Shown here piece after piece: positions 18,634 through 26,711 of a stretch of 47,104 nucleotides of DNA (positions are counted from its first letter, which is position 1; the number at the start of each line of letters is the position of its first letter). Made by a program: the position numbers and the translations under genes. This DNA comes from Actinomycetota bacterium (GTDB lineage Bacteria; Actinomycetota; Acidimicrobiia; Acidimicrobiales; Ilumatobacteraceae): assembly GCA_037131575.1 (NCBI GenBank), contig JBAXQV010000001.1, positions 1 through 47,104 of the forward strand, read 5' to 3'. Under the pieces are notes generated by a model. It worked only from the letters and a program-made list of their open reading frames with translations. It did no database searches and was not told where the DNA came from.

Positions 18634-19297
18634 CAGCGTGAGTTCGGTCGCGGGCATGGAGTTTCTCTTGCACATGAGTGAGATGGGTCTTCACCGTCTC
18701 GGCGCCGATGCCGAGCTGTTCGCCGATCTCGGCGTTGGTGAAGCCTTCGGCAGCGAGGCCGAGCACAGAGAGCTCGCGGGCACTGAGCGGGCGCAGGCTG
18801 CGTCGCTGCTCGCTGGCCTGACGAGTTTGCAGCATCGCGGTGATGGCGCGTGGGTGCATGAACCGCTCTCGGGCGGCCACGGTGCGCACGGCGTTGCCCA
18901 ACGCGTCGACCGAGCACGTCTTCGGCACCACACCCAAGCAACCGTGCTCCACCGATGCCGCCACCGTGGTTGGCGACAGGTCGGATGTGAACACCAGCAC
19001 CGCAGCATCGGGGTGCCCGCCCAACAGGCCGAGCACTTCAGCGAAGGCTGTGCCGCGTCCGCCCATGGTGATCTCGATCATCACTACATCGGGAAGGTGC
19101 TGTTGGTAGGCACGAACCAGACGACGTGGGTCGGTGACGGTGCCACACACGTCGATTCCGAGCGCAGCGAGATACTCGGCCGCCCCACGGGCCGCCACCA
19201 CCTGATCGTCGGCCAGCAGCACCCGCAGCCGAACATCGGGATCAGCCACGAACGAAAGTATAGAGGCACCGTCGCGGTGCTTCCCGATGCCTCCCAC
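18599..19297 (-). CDS. LuxR/NarL-family response regulator with Glu at the phospho-acceptor position
   Basis: Receiver 'RVLLADDQ', 'DVVMIEITMGG', 'VLVFTSD', 'GVVPKT'. C-terminal LuxR HTH 'LSARELSVLGLAAEGFTNAEIGEQLGIGAETVKTHLTHVQEKL'. Alternative GTG start at 19249. Confidence 0.8.
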   Translation of the reverse strand: MGGIGKHRDGASILSFVADPDVRLRVLLADDQVVAARGAAEYLAALGIDVCGTVTDPRRLVRAYQQHLPDVVMIEITMGGRGTAFAEVLGLLGGHPDAAVLVFTSDLSPTTVAASVEHGCLGVVPKTCSVDALGNAVRTVAARERFMHPRAITAMLQTRQASEQRRSLRPLSARELSVLGLAAEGFTNAEIGEQLGIGAETVKTHLTHVQEKLHARDRTHAVSRALRLGVLT

Positions 19298-19326
19298 CAG
19301 GGTCTCGAAACGTCGGGGAGAGCCTC

Positions 19327-20586
19327 GTGACCGGTACGATGGACAACGTGGCGTCGAACATATACCTCGGTCGGCAGCCCATTCTCGATCGTCGCGGCCG
19401 AACCTATGCGTTCGAACTGCTCTATCGCGATGGCGACCAGAACCAGGCGTTCTTCGCCAACCCCGACGACGCCACTCGACGAGTCATCGAGGCCGCCATC
19501 ATCGAATGGGGCTTCGATCGGCTCATCGGCGATCGGCTCGGTTTCATCAACGCAGCCGGCGGCTTGTTGCACACCGGCCTGCTGTCGATCCTTCCGGTCG
19601 ATCGCACCATCGTCGAAGTGCTCGAGCACGTGTTGCTCGATGCCGAGATGGTGCAGGTCATCAGAGACGCGTACGCCACCGGGTTGCGGTTCGCACTCGA
19701 CGACGTAGTCGATCTCGATCGGCCAGGCCTCACCGACATCGCTCCGCTCATCGATGTGGTGAAACTCGATGTGCTGGCCATCCCCACCGACGACCTGGCG
19801 GGCATGGTGGCTCGCAGCCGCGAGATGTTCCCCAAGGCCCTTCTCTTGGCCGAGAAGGTGGAAGACCCCGCCAAGTACGCGGCGTGCATGCACTTGGGGT
19901 TCGACCTGTTTCAGGGCTACTTCTTCGCCAAACCCGAACTGCTCGAGCGCTCGGGCCGGCCCAACAACGTGTCGACAGCCATTTTGCTGTTGGCCGAAGT
20001 GAGCCGGGCCGATGTGGAGATCGACCGTGTCGAGTCGCTCATCTCGGCCGATCCCAGCCTGGCCTACGCCATCTTGCGCCTCGTGAACTCGAGTTCATTC
20101 GGTTTGAACGTGCGGGTCCAGTCGATCAGGCACGCCATCGTGATGGTGGGCTTCGTGCAGGTACGCCAACTCGCCGTACTGCTCACCATGGCCAAGAACA
20201 ATCGGGCCATCAGCGATGAGGTCATCGTGCTGGCCGCAGCACGGGCCCAGATGGCGTCGAAGTTCGCTGCACAGCCCGATGGCGGCGTCGCGGCCGACCC
20301 GGCAGGTGCATTCACCACCGGCCTGCTGTCGGTCATCGACACTGTGTTCGGTGCGCCCATGGACGAGCTACTCACTGGTCTTCCGCTTCCCGCCGATGTG
20401 CGCTCGGCACTGCTCGAGCAGAGCGGTCCGCTGGGCAAGGTGATGGATGCCGTGTATGCGTTCGAACAGGCCGATACGGACACGCTCGAACAGCTCATGC
20501 CCGGCCAGGGCGAATTCATCCGCGAGGTGTACGCCGCCAGCGTTGCGTGGGCCGAGAGCGTGAGGCGCGAGCTCCTCACCACCTGA
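19327..20586 (+). CDS. EAL-HDOD domain signalling protein (COG3434-like)
   Basis: 'YLGRQPILDRRGRTYAFELLYR' and 'AEKVEDP...GFDLFQGYFFAKP' (EAL fold). C-terminal HDOD block 'ILRLVNSSSFGLNVRVQSIRHAIVMVGFVQVRQLA'. Alternative ATG at 19339. Confidence 0.85.
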   Translation: MTGTMDNVASNIYLGRQPILDRRGRTYAFELLYRDGDQNQAFFANPDDATRRVIEAAIIEWGFDRLIGDRLGFINAAGGLLHTGLLSILPVDRTIVEVLEHVLLDAEMVQVIRDAYATGLRFALDDVVDLDRPGLTDIAPLIDVVKLDVLAIPTDDLAGMVARSREMFPKALLLAEKVEDPAKYAACMHLGFDLFQGYFFAKPELLERSGRPNNVSTAILLLAEVSRADVEIDRVESLISADPSLAYAILRLVNSSSFGLNVRVQSIRHAIVMVGFVQVRQLAVLLTMAKNNRAISDEVIVLAAARAQMASKFAAQPDGGVAADPAGAFTTGLLSVIDTVFGAPMDELLTGLPLPADVRSALLEQSGPLGKVMDAVYAFEQADTDTLEQLMPGQGEFIREVYAASVAWAESVRRELLTT

Positions 20587-20624
20587 CCGGTGGCCGCTAC
20601 GCGCTCACCGGTACCCGCGAGCGG

Positions 20625-21155
20625 TTACTGCATCACGAATTCGACGAAGAACACTCCGTACACCTCTTCGGGGTATTCCTCGCTCAGCCGCTCGACGAGC
20701 AGCTTTCGGGCCTCTTCACGGCCCTCTGCTGTGGCGAGCGTGCTCATCGAACTCCCCGACAGCGTCGACACGATGATGTCTTTGGCAGGAGCCTTCTGGA
20801 ACGGCTCGGCACCGGCACCTTCAGCTGCGCCCGCAGCGGCGATCACTACATCGGGGCAGAGGTTCAGCGACACGGCCACGCTGAGGTAGTGACCGTCCGC
20901 GAGGTTGAGGTTCATCTTCTCGAGGTCGAGCACATTCGGCTCTGCCGTGGTGGCGTCGGTGCCCTCTTTGCAGCCGACCAACTGCACGATGGTGGTGGTG
21001 GTGGCCGTACCTGCAGCGGCGGAACCGCCGCCTCCGAGCTTGTAGCCGGCGCCGGCGAGTATCACGCACAGCACCACGACCATGATCAGCTTCTTCTTCG
21101 ACTTTTTGCCTTCGCCTTCGCCTTCAGCGGCGGGAGCTTCTTTTTTCTTGCCCAT
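20625..21155 (-). CDS. fliL: Flagellar basal body-associated protein FliL
   Basis: Lys-rich N-terminus, single TM 'LIMVVVLCVILAGAGY', FliL-type C-terminal domain ('NLNLADGHYLSVAVSL...FVEFVMQ'). Follows motB. Confidence 0.8.
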   Translation of the reverse strand: MGKKKEAPAAEGEGEGKKSKKKLIMVVVLCVILAGAGYKLGGGGSAAAGTATTTTIVQLVGCKEGTDATTAEPNVLDLEKMNLNLADGHYLSVAVSLNLCPDVVIAAAGAAEGAGAEPFQKAPAKDIIVSTLSGSSMSTLATAEGREEARKLLVERLSEEYPEEVYGVFFVEFVMQ

Positions 21156-21177
21156 GGTGATGATCCGTCATGTCGAG

Positions 21178-21197
21178 TCTCTCCGTCCCTGGAGAGA
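21178..21197 (-). promoter_or_regulatory. fliL leader hairpin presenting AGGGAC in the loop (candidate CsrA site)
   Basis: On the minus strand UCUCUCC-AGGGAC-GGAGAGA (7-bp stem). CAGGGA fits CARGGA. It lies 22 nt upstream of the fliL ATG, whose SD region is ACGGAU. Confidence 0.3.
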
Positions 21198-21290
21198 GTG
21201 GTGAGAAGAACTGTCCGGTGTGAGAGGGCGCCGCGCAAGAAACCTCGACGTCGAACTGACCTCGCCTGCACGAGATTTCTCGGCGGGTGG

Positions 21291-22202
21291 TCAGGCCCCG
21301 CTGCCCACGTTCGCCGCGGCATTGATGACCGGTTGCAACGAAATGTCGGTGAGCACCACGATCTCGACGCGTCGGTTCTTGGCGCGGCCTTCGGGCGTGT
21401 TGTTGTCGCCCACCGGGCGGTTCTCGCCGTAGCCAGCCACCGCCAGACGGGTGGGCTCGATGCCCCCGTCCTGGAAGAACTTACGCACCGAGTTGGCGCG
21501 CTCCGACGACAGGCTCCAGTTCGACGAATACCTCGACGTCAAGATCGGCTGCGAGTCGGTGTACCCCTCGACCGAGATGTTGTTGGGGATGTTCTTCAAC
21601 GCGTCGCCAATGGGTTTCAGCACCATCCAACTGTTGGTCTCGAGGGTTGCCGAACCAGGCGCGAAGAGTACGGCATCGCTCAGCACCGTCACCACCAAGC
21701 CGCGGCCTTCGATCTTGAAGTCGAGGCCCTGCCCGAGGCCGGCGATGTTCGAGTTGGTCTTCAGCGTTTCCTCGAACTCCTGGAGCTTCTTGATCTCGTC
21801 CTGGGCGGCCTTCAGATCGTGCTGCTGACGCGCCTGCTCGATCTGCATGTCGGTGGGTTTCGTCGGTGCCGGCGGCTTCTCCGCGTTGAAGATGCCGTCA
21901 CCACCCTGCATCGGCGTGCTGCCGCTGCTGCCCTGGTTGATCTGCACCACCTGCGCCGATGAGCCGCCGCCGAATTCGTGGCGCATGCTCTCGGCAAGCT
22001 TCTTCAGCTTCTCCATGTCGACGCGGCCGGTGGCGAAGAGCGCCAAAAACATCACCATGAGCAGCGTCAACATGTCGGCGTAGGGAATCACCCACGCCTC
22101 ATGGTTCACGTGCTCTTCGTGTTCTTCGTGTTCCTCATGCTTCTTGTGACCGCCGCCGTGGCCTCCGCCGCCGTGGCCGCCGCCACCGCCGCCACTAGCC
22201 AC
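21291..22202 (-). CDS. motB: Flagellar stator protein MotB (OmpA-like)
   Basis: 'AWVIPYADMLTLLMVMFLALFA' plug/TM segment with the conserved Asp. C-terminal OmpA-like 'VEGYTDS...NWSLSSERANSV...NRRVEIVV'. The GTG start overlaps the motA stop by 8 nt. Confidence 0.9.
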   Translation of the reverse strand: MASGGGGGGHGGGGHGGGHKKHEEHEEHEEHVNHEAWVIPYADMLTLLMVMFLALFATGRVDMEKLKKLAESMRHEFGGGSSAQVVQINQGSSGSTPMQGGDGIFNAEKPPAPTKPTDMQIEQARQQHDLKAAQDEIKKLQEFEETLKTNSNIAGLGQGLDFKIEGRGLVVTVLSDAVLFAPGSATLETNSWMVLKPIGDALKNIPNNISVEGYTDSQPILTSRYSSNWSLSSERANSVRKFFQDGGIEPTRLAVAGYGENRPVGDNNTPEGRAKNRRVEIVVLTDISLQPVINAAANVGSGA

Positions 22203-22977
22203 CGTTGGCCTCGCGAATCGTCGCTGCTTCCTTCGGTGACAGGTACGACAACAACGTCTCTTCGATCACACGAGGGTTCTGACCACCTTGGATGGCGAGT
22301 ACCCCCTCCATCACCATTTCTCGGCTGGCCGCTTCCTGAGTGGAAAGGCGCTTCAAACGGTTCGACAGTGGCAGCATCACGCCGTTGGCCAGGTACACAC
22401 CCAAAAATGTGGCGCAGAACGCGCCAGAAATGCCCTCGCCCAGTTTGGCCGGGTTGTCGAGTTCGGCCATCGTGGCGATGAGGCCGATCACGGCACCGAT
22501 GATGCCGAACGTCGGGGCGAAGATGCCGAGGGTCATACACCAGTCGGCGGCCACCTTGTGGCGTGCCTTCATGGCCTTGATGTCGGTCTTCATCACCTGG
22601 GCAACGGCCTCGGGGTCGCTACCGTCGATGGCCAGTTGCAGGCCGCGCTTCATGAAGACGTCTTCGAGCGTGCCCACCTCCGACTCCAGCGCCAGCAGAC
22701 CTTCATGGCGAGCCTTGCGAGCGAACTCCACCAGCTTGCTGATGGTGGCGGTGGGTGTTCCACCGGTTTTGGGGAACATTGCAATCATGATCGCCTTGAA
22801 GACGCCAGTGGTTGCCGGCAGCTCGAACGACGCCATGGTGGCGCCGAGCGCGCCGAGGAACACGATCAGCAACGCCGTGACATTCGATACGAGGAAGACC
22901 GGGCTCACGCCGTGGGTGACGGCACCCACGAACACACCGACCATCGCAACGATCAGCCCTACGAGTGTTGCCGGCAT
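22195..22977 (-). CDS. motA: Flagellar stator protein MotA
   Basis: 260-aa, 4-TM MotA/TolQ/ExbB-type protein with the characteristic cytoplasmic loop. Directly upstream of motB. Confidence 0.9.
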   Translation of the reverse strand: MPATLVGLIVAMVGVFVGAVTHGVSPVFLVSNVTALLIVFLGALGATMASFELPATTGVFKAIMIAMFPKTGGTPTATISKLVEFARKARHEGLLALESEVGTLEDVFMKRGLQLAIDGSDPEAVAQVMKTDIKAMKARHKVAADWCMTLGIFAPTFGIIGAVIGLIATMAELDNPAKLGEGISGAFCATFLGVYLANGVMLPLSNRLKRLSTQEAASREMVMEGVLAIQGGQNPRVIEETLLSYLSPKEAATIREANGG

Positions 22978-22980
22978 GGC

Positions 22981-23274
22981 TTACAGCTCCTCGATGGTGG
23001 GGATGCCCGGTGACGCAGCAGCCGCCTGCACATCGGCCAACGTTGCGACCTCGCTCGAGACGTTCTGCTCGGTCACCATCCGGGCAGCCATGGCGATGAC
23101 GCTGGCTCGCAGCCGGGTGACCTGCTCGAGGATTTCCTCGGGCGACTCGATGACGATGTATTCCGTGCCGTTGAGCAGGTGCACGACCGTTTCGTGATGA
23201 CGATCGAGTCGCTCGATGTGGTCGGGGTTGATGTACAACGGGTCGGTTTGGCGGAGCCGCGTCAGGCGGATCAT
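22981..23274 (-). CDS. flbD: Flagellar protein FlbD
   Basis: 97 aa from ATG 23274 (SD GAGGAG). 'MIRLTRL...PLYINPDHIERL...LLNGTEYIVIESPEEILEQV' matches the FlbD family pattern. Immediately upstream of motA. Confidence 0.8.
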   Translation of the reverse strand: MIRLTRLRQTDPLYINPDHIERLDRHHETVVHLLNGTEYIVIESPEEILEQVTRLRASVIAMAARMVTEQNVSSEVATLADVQAAAASPGIPTIEEL

Positions 23275-23474
23275 GGGGGTACTCCTCGATCGCATGCGGA
23301 CCGGTAGTGACGGTCGCTTGTCACCGATAGTGCCGAGTCGAACACTTCGCGCAACCATGTGATCCCCTGAGGCATCCCTCACACCCATCGCTCGGGCCAT
23401 CACCCCACCATCGCCCGGTCGATCACCCGAGCTTCTGTGGTGTTGGCTGCGCACCATCTCCAGACAGCGAGAAT

Positions 23475-24023
23475 GTGAGGCCGTATCGGGCGGGGCTACC
23501 TGCGGTTTCGACGCGACTCCGGACTGTCAATGTCGTGGAGCCGGCTGAAGACCTGTCGCAACAACTCTGGACAATGCGCGAGTTACTCGAGCAGATGGTC
23601 TACAAGCTCGAAATGCAGGGCTTGCTTCTGGCTGCCGGGCGTACCCGCTGGATGCCAACGCTCAACGGCGAGATCGAGACGTTGATGGAGGCAGTGAACG
23701 CCGTCGATGCTGCTCGTGGCCAGGCGTCTGCTCGGTTGGCACGGAAGTACGGCTTGCCCCCCACCGTGAGCCTCACCGACCTGCTCCAGTACGTCGAGCA
23801 CCCGTGGGGCCAGTTGTTGGCGCAACACCGGTTGCAACTCCGTTCGCTGCAGAGCGAGATCGAAGACGTGTCGAGCGCCAACCAGGAACTCGCACGCCGT
23901 GGCCTGATGCGCTCGCGTGAAATCATCGCCAGCCTCGGCGACCACAGTGTCGACGTCTACAACCCGCGTGGGTACACCGCGCCGCTCACCGTTTCGGCGT
24001 TGCGCCTGGATCGGACGGTCTGA
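23475..24023 (+). CDS. flgN: FlgN-like flagellar export chaperone
   Basis: Helical protein with a FlgN-like pattern ('MRELLEQMVYKLEMQGLLLAAG...NQELARRGL'), located directly upstream of flgK-flgL. Start uncertain (GTG 23475, GTG 23535 or ATG 23574). Confidence 0.55.
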   Translation: MRPYRAGLPAVSTRLRTVNVVEPAEDLSQQLWTMRELLEQMVYKLEMQGLLLAAGRTRWMPTLNGEIETLMEAVNAVDAARGQASARLARKYGLPPTVSLTDLLQYVEHPWGQLLAQHRLQLRSLQSEIEDVSSANQELARRGLMRSREIIASLGDHSVDVYNPRGYTAPLTVSALRLDRTV

Positions 24024-24025
24024 TC

Positions 24026-25372
24026 GTGACCAGCATTTCGTCGTTCAATACGCCTCTCAGCGCACTGCGCGCCCAACAGCGCGTCCTCGACGTCTCTGCT
24101 CACAACATCGCCAACGCAACCACCCCTGGCTATCGCCGCCAGAGCGTGCTCCTCGCACCTGCGGGTTCGGGGCCCGTGAGCGCCCTCGGGCAGCGCAACG
24201 GGGTCGACGTCGTATCGGTCACCCGCAACACCGATGACCTCACCGTGCTGCGTGCTTCGCGCGAAGAGGCCGGTCGTGCCGCAGCCGACGCCAGCAAGGC
24301 AGCCCTCGCCTCCGTCGAGCAGGTGTTCCCCGAGCCCACCGATATGGGCATGGCGAACCAGCTGCACGATTACTGGGCATCGTGGACCACCCTGAGCAGC
24401 GACCCGGCCAACCCTGCCGCTCGTTCGGCAGTGCTCGCCAAGGGTGATCTGCTGGTGTCGGCCATGCACCGCAGCGCCGCTTCACTCACCAACATCTCCG
24501 ACTCGGCCAAGGAACGCTTGACCAGCCTGGCGAGTGAGGCGAACAGCCTGCTCGCCCAGGTGGTGAGCTTCAACCAGCAGGTGCTGTCGTCGGCCACGCC
24601 CGAGCAACTCGACCAGCGCGACCAGGTGGTGGCGCAACTCACCAAGCTCACGGGTGCTGTCACCCAGGGCACCGCCAATGGCCAGTTGAACGTGTTCATC
24701 GGTGGGCGCCAAGTGGTGGCCGGCGAGTTCAAGGAAACACTCGAGGCCCCCACGGGGGTGCTGCGCTTCGCGAGCGACTCGCAGGCCGTATTGATGACCT
24801 CGGGCGAGGGAGCATCGGTGGCGGCCACCATCAACGATCTCGTGCCGCGCTACACGGCTGCACTCGACAATGTCGCAGCCACCTTGGTGTCGTCGGTGAA
24901 CACGCTGCACGCGGCGGGTTACACACAGGCCGGTGTGACCGGCTTGAACTTCTTCGATCCCGTCGGTGTGACTGCATCGACCATTGCCTTGTCGACTGAT
25001 GTGGCCGGTCTTCCGGCCAACATCGCCGCAGGTGCACCAAAGCTGCCCGGCCCCGTGGCACCCGGTCCGCTCGACGGTAACCAAGCCCGTGCACTGGCCG
25101 CCCTGGCCGACTCGGCAACGGGCGCCGATTCGGTGTACCAGACGATGATCGGTGGCCTCGGTGTCGAGTCGCAATCGGCGCAGCAGCGTTCGAACGTGCA
25201 GGCCACCATCGCCGACGCCGCAACCCGCGATGCCGACGCCGTGGGGGCCGTGAGCCTCGACGAGGAAATGACCACCATCATGCAGGCCCAGCGTGCCTTC
25301 CAGGCCGCCAGCAAGGTACTCACCACGATCGACGAACTCGTGGGCTACCTCATCGATCGGGTCGGCCACTGA
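24026..25372 (+). CDS. flgK: Flagellar hook-associated protein 1 (FlgK)
   Basis: N-terminus 'LSALRAQQRVLDVSAHNIANATTPGYRRQ' and C-terminus 'VSLDEEMTTIMQAQRAFQAASKVLTTIDEL' are typical of axial proteins. Size and position match FlgK. Confidence 0.9.
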   Translation: MTSISSFNTPLSALRAQQRVLDVSAHNIANATTPGYRRQSVLLAPAGSGPVSALGQRNGVDVVSVTRNTDDLTVLRASREEAGRAAADASKAALASVEQVFPEPTDMGMANQLHDYWASWTTLSSDPANPAARSAVLAKGDLLVSAMHRSAASLTNISDSAKERLTSLASEANSLLAQVVSFNQQVLSSATPEQLDQRDQVVAQLTKLTGAVTQGTANGQLNVFIGGRQVVAGEFKETLEAPTGVLRFASDSQAVLMTSGEGASVAATINDLVPRYTAALDNVAATLVSSVNTLHAAGYTQAGVTGLNFFDPVGVTASTIALSTDVAGLPANIAAGAPKLPGPVAPGPLDGNQARALAALADSATGADSVYQTMIGGLGVESQSAQQRSNVQATIADAATRDADAVGAVSLDEEMTTIMQAQRAFQAASKVLTTIDELVGYLIDRVGH

Positions 25373-25427
25373 TGAGCATCCATGCTGATCGAGTGAGGAC
25401 TGACGTGTTGAAGAACGAGGGTTTCGT

Positions 25428-26327
25428 ATGCGAGTGACCAACTCGATGATGATGAAGTCGACCTTGCGCGATGTGGGCCAGAACCTGGCGCGCCTGCAAG
25501 ACACCCAGAACAAGCTCAGCTCTGGCAAGCAGATCGGTCGTCCTTCCGACGACCCGTCGGGCACCACGTCAGCGATGAGTATTCGTCGTGAACTTCGCCA
25601 GTTCGACCGGCAGTCGAGTTCGCTCGTCGACGCTCAAGGCTGGGTGGGCACTGCCGATGCGCAACTCACCAGCGGGCTCGACCAACTCGTTCGTGCCAAA
25701 GATCTGGTGGTGCGCGCCGGGAACGGTGCGACGCAGATGACGCCATCGGCCCGCGCTGCGCTCGCCACCGAACTTCGCTCGGTGAGCAGCGACCTGTTGA
25801 GCATCGCCAACTCCAACTATGCGGGGCGGCCCGTCTTCGCCGGCACCGCTGCTGGGGTGCCCTACGACCTCACCGGCGCCTACGCCGGTAACGACGACGC
25901 TGTGGTGCGCGATGTCGACCAGAACACGTCGATGACGGTGAATGTGACGGGGAGCCAGGTGTTCGGCACCTTCGACGCCACCGGCACCGGTACTGGCAAC
26001 ATGTTCCAGGTGCTCGATCGGTTGGCCACCGCCATTCAGAACGGCGACAACGCCGCAATGGCCACCGAACACGCCAACCTCGATGCCGCCGCAGACACCA
26101 TGCGGGCCGCAGCGGCCCTCGTGGGAAGTCGCTCGTCGTCGCTCGAGCAGTTGAAGAGCCGCCTCGACGACCGCAAGATCACGCTGCAATCGAACCTCTC
26201 GCAGGTGGAGGATGTCGATGTGGTGGAGGCACTGGTGAGGGCCAAAGCGCAGGAAACCACCTATCAGGCCTCTGTGCAGACGGCGGCAAAGATCTTGCCG
26301 GTGTCGTTGCTCGACTATTTGCACTGA
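25428..26327 (+). CDS. flgL: Flagellar hook-associated protein 3 (FlgL)
   Basis: Flagellin-family N-terminus 'MRVTNSMM...LARLQDTQNKLSSGKQIGRPSDDP' and C-terminus 'VDVVEALVRAKAQETTYQASVQTAAKILPVSLLDYL'. Follows flgK. Confidence 0.85.
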   Translation: MRVTNSMMMKSTLRDVGQNLARLQDTQNKLSSGKQIGRPSDDPSGTTSAMSIRRELRQFDRQSSSLVDAQGWVGTADAQLTSGLDQLVRAKDLVVRAGNGATQMTPSARAALATELRSVSSDLLSIANSNYAGRPVFAGTAAGVPYDLTGAYAGNDDAVVRDVDQNTSMTVNVTGSQVFGTFDATGTGTGNMFQVLDRLATAIQNGDNAAMATEHANLDAAADTMRAAAALVGSRSSSLEQLKSRLDDRKITLQSNLSQVEDVDVVEALVRAKAQETTYQASVQTAAKILPVSLLDYLH

Positions 26328-26352
26328 TTTCTGGCTGCACTGATTTCTGGCT
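26321..26352. repeat. 2 x 16-bp perfect tandem duplication spanning the flgL stop codon
   Basis: GCACTGATTTCTGGCT occurs at 26321-26336 and 26337-26352. The first copy carries the flgL TGA (26325-26327). Confidence 0.9.
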
Positions 26353-26379
26353 GTAGAGCACAGGCCCTGAACAACGAAG

Positions 26380-26406
26380 AAGGCCCACGGCAATGCCGTG
26401 GGCCTT
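26380..26406. terminator. Bidirectional hairpin terminator between convergent flgL and the small membrane gene
   Basis: AAGGCCCACGG-CAATG-CCGTGGGCCTT (11-13 bp GC-rich stem). The minus-strand side has a T-rich tail (CTTCTTCGTTGTT). The plus-strand tail is weak. Confidence 0.6.
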
Positions 26407-26429
26407 TCTCCATTCCAGAACGCAGCGGG

Positions 26430-26711
26430 TCAGCGGTGGTCTTCGCCGGTCACTTCGGCCACGATCGCCCGCATCGTGGCGGTGACGAGCACCTTGTTGA
26501 TGATGCCGAGGGCGATCCACACGATGAAGGCCACGCCGAACGAGCGGATGAGGGCGAAGTCGACGCCCACACTCGACGACACGGCGTCGATGAGCTTCGA
26601 ACCCGTGAGCAGCGCCGAGACAGCGACCACGATGGCCAGCCGCCATGGGGCGAGTGGCCCGGGAAGGCGTTCGGCTTTGGCGGCCTTCTTGCTCACGCCT
26701 GAGCCTCCCAT
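26430..26711 (-). CDS. Small membrane protein, last gene of the flhA operon
   Basis: 93 aa with two hydrophobic segments ('WRLAIVVAVSALL', 'FGVAFIVWIALGII'). ATG 26711 has a GAGG SD. The alternative GTG 26696 overlaps the upstream stop as GTGA. Confidence 0.5.
   Translation of the reverse strand: MGGSGVSKKAAKAERLPGPLAPWRLAIVVAVSALLTGSKLIDAVSSSVGVDFALIRSFGVAFIVWIALGIINKVLVTATMRAIVAEVTGEDHR

Noticed and set aside
20547-21962. 471-aa plus-strand ORF across fliL and motB
   Set aside because: It runs antisense to two well-supported flagellar genes and crosses their intergenic spacer. It has no motifs.
23305-23330. Possible sigma-28/WhiG-type promoter (TAGT-N13-CACCGATAG) in the flbD/flgN divergent region
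   Set aside because: It is only a partial match to TAAA-N15-GCCGATAA, occurs once, and gives a long implied leader. I found no comparable -10 boxes upstream of other flagellar operons in the window.
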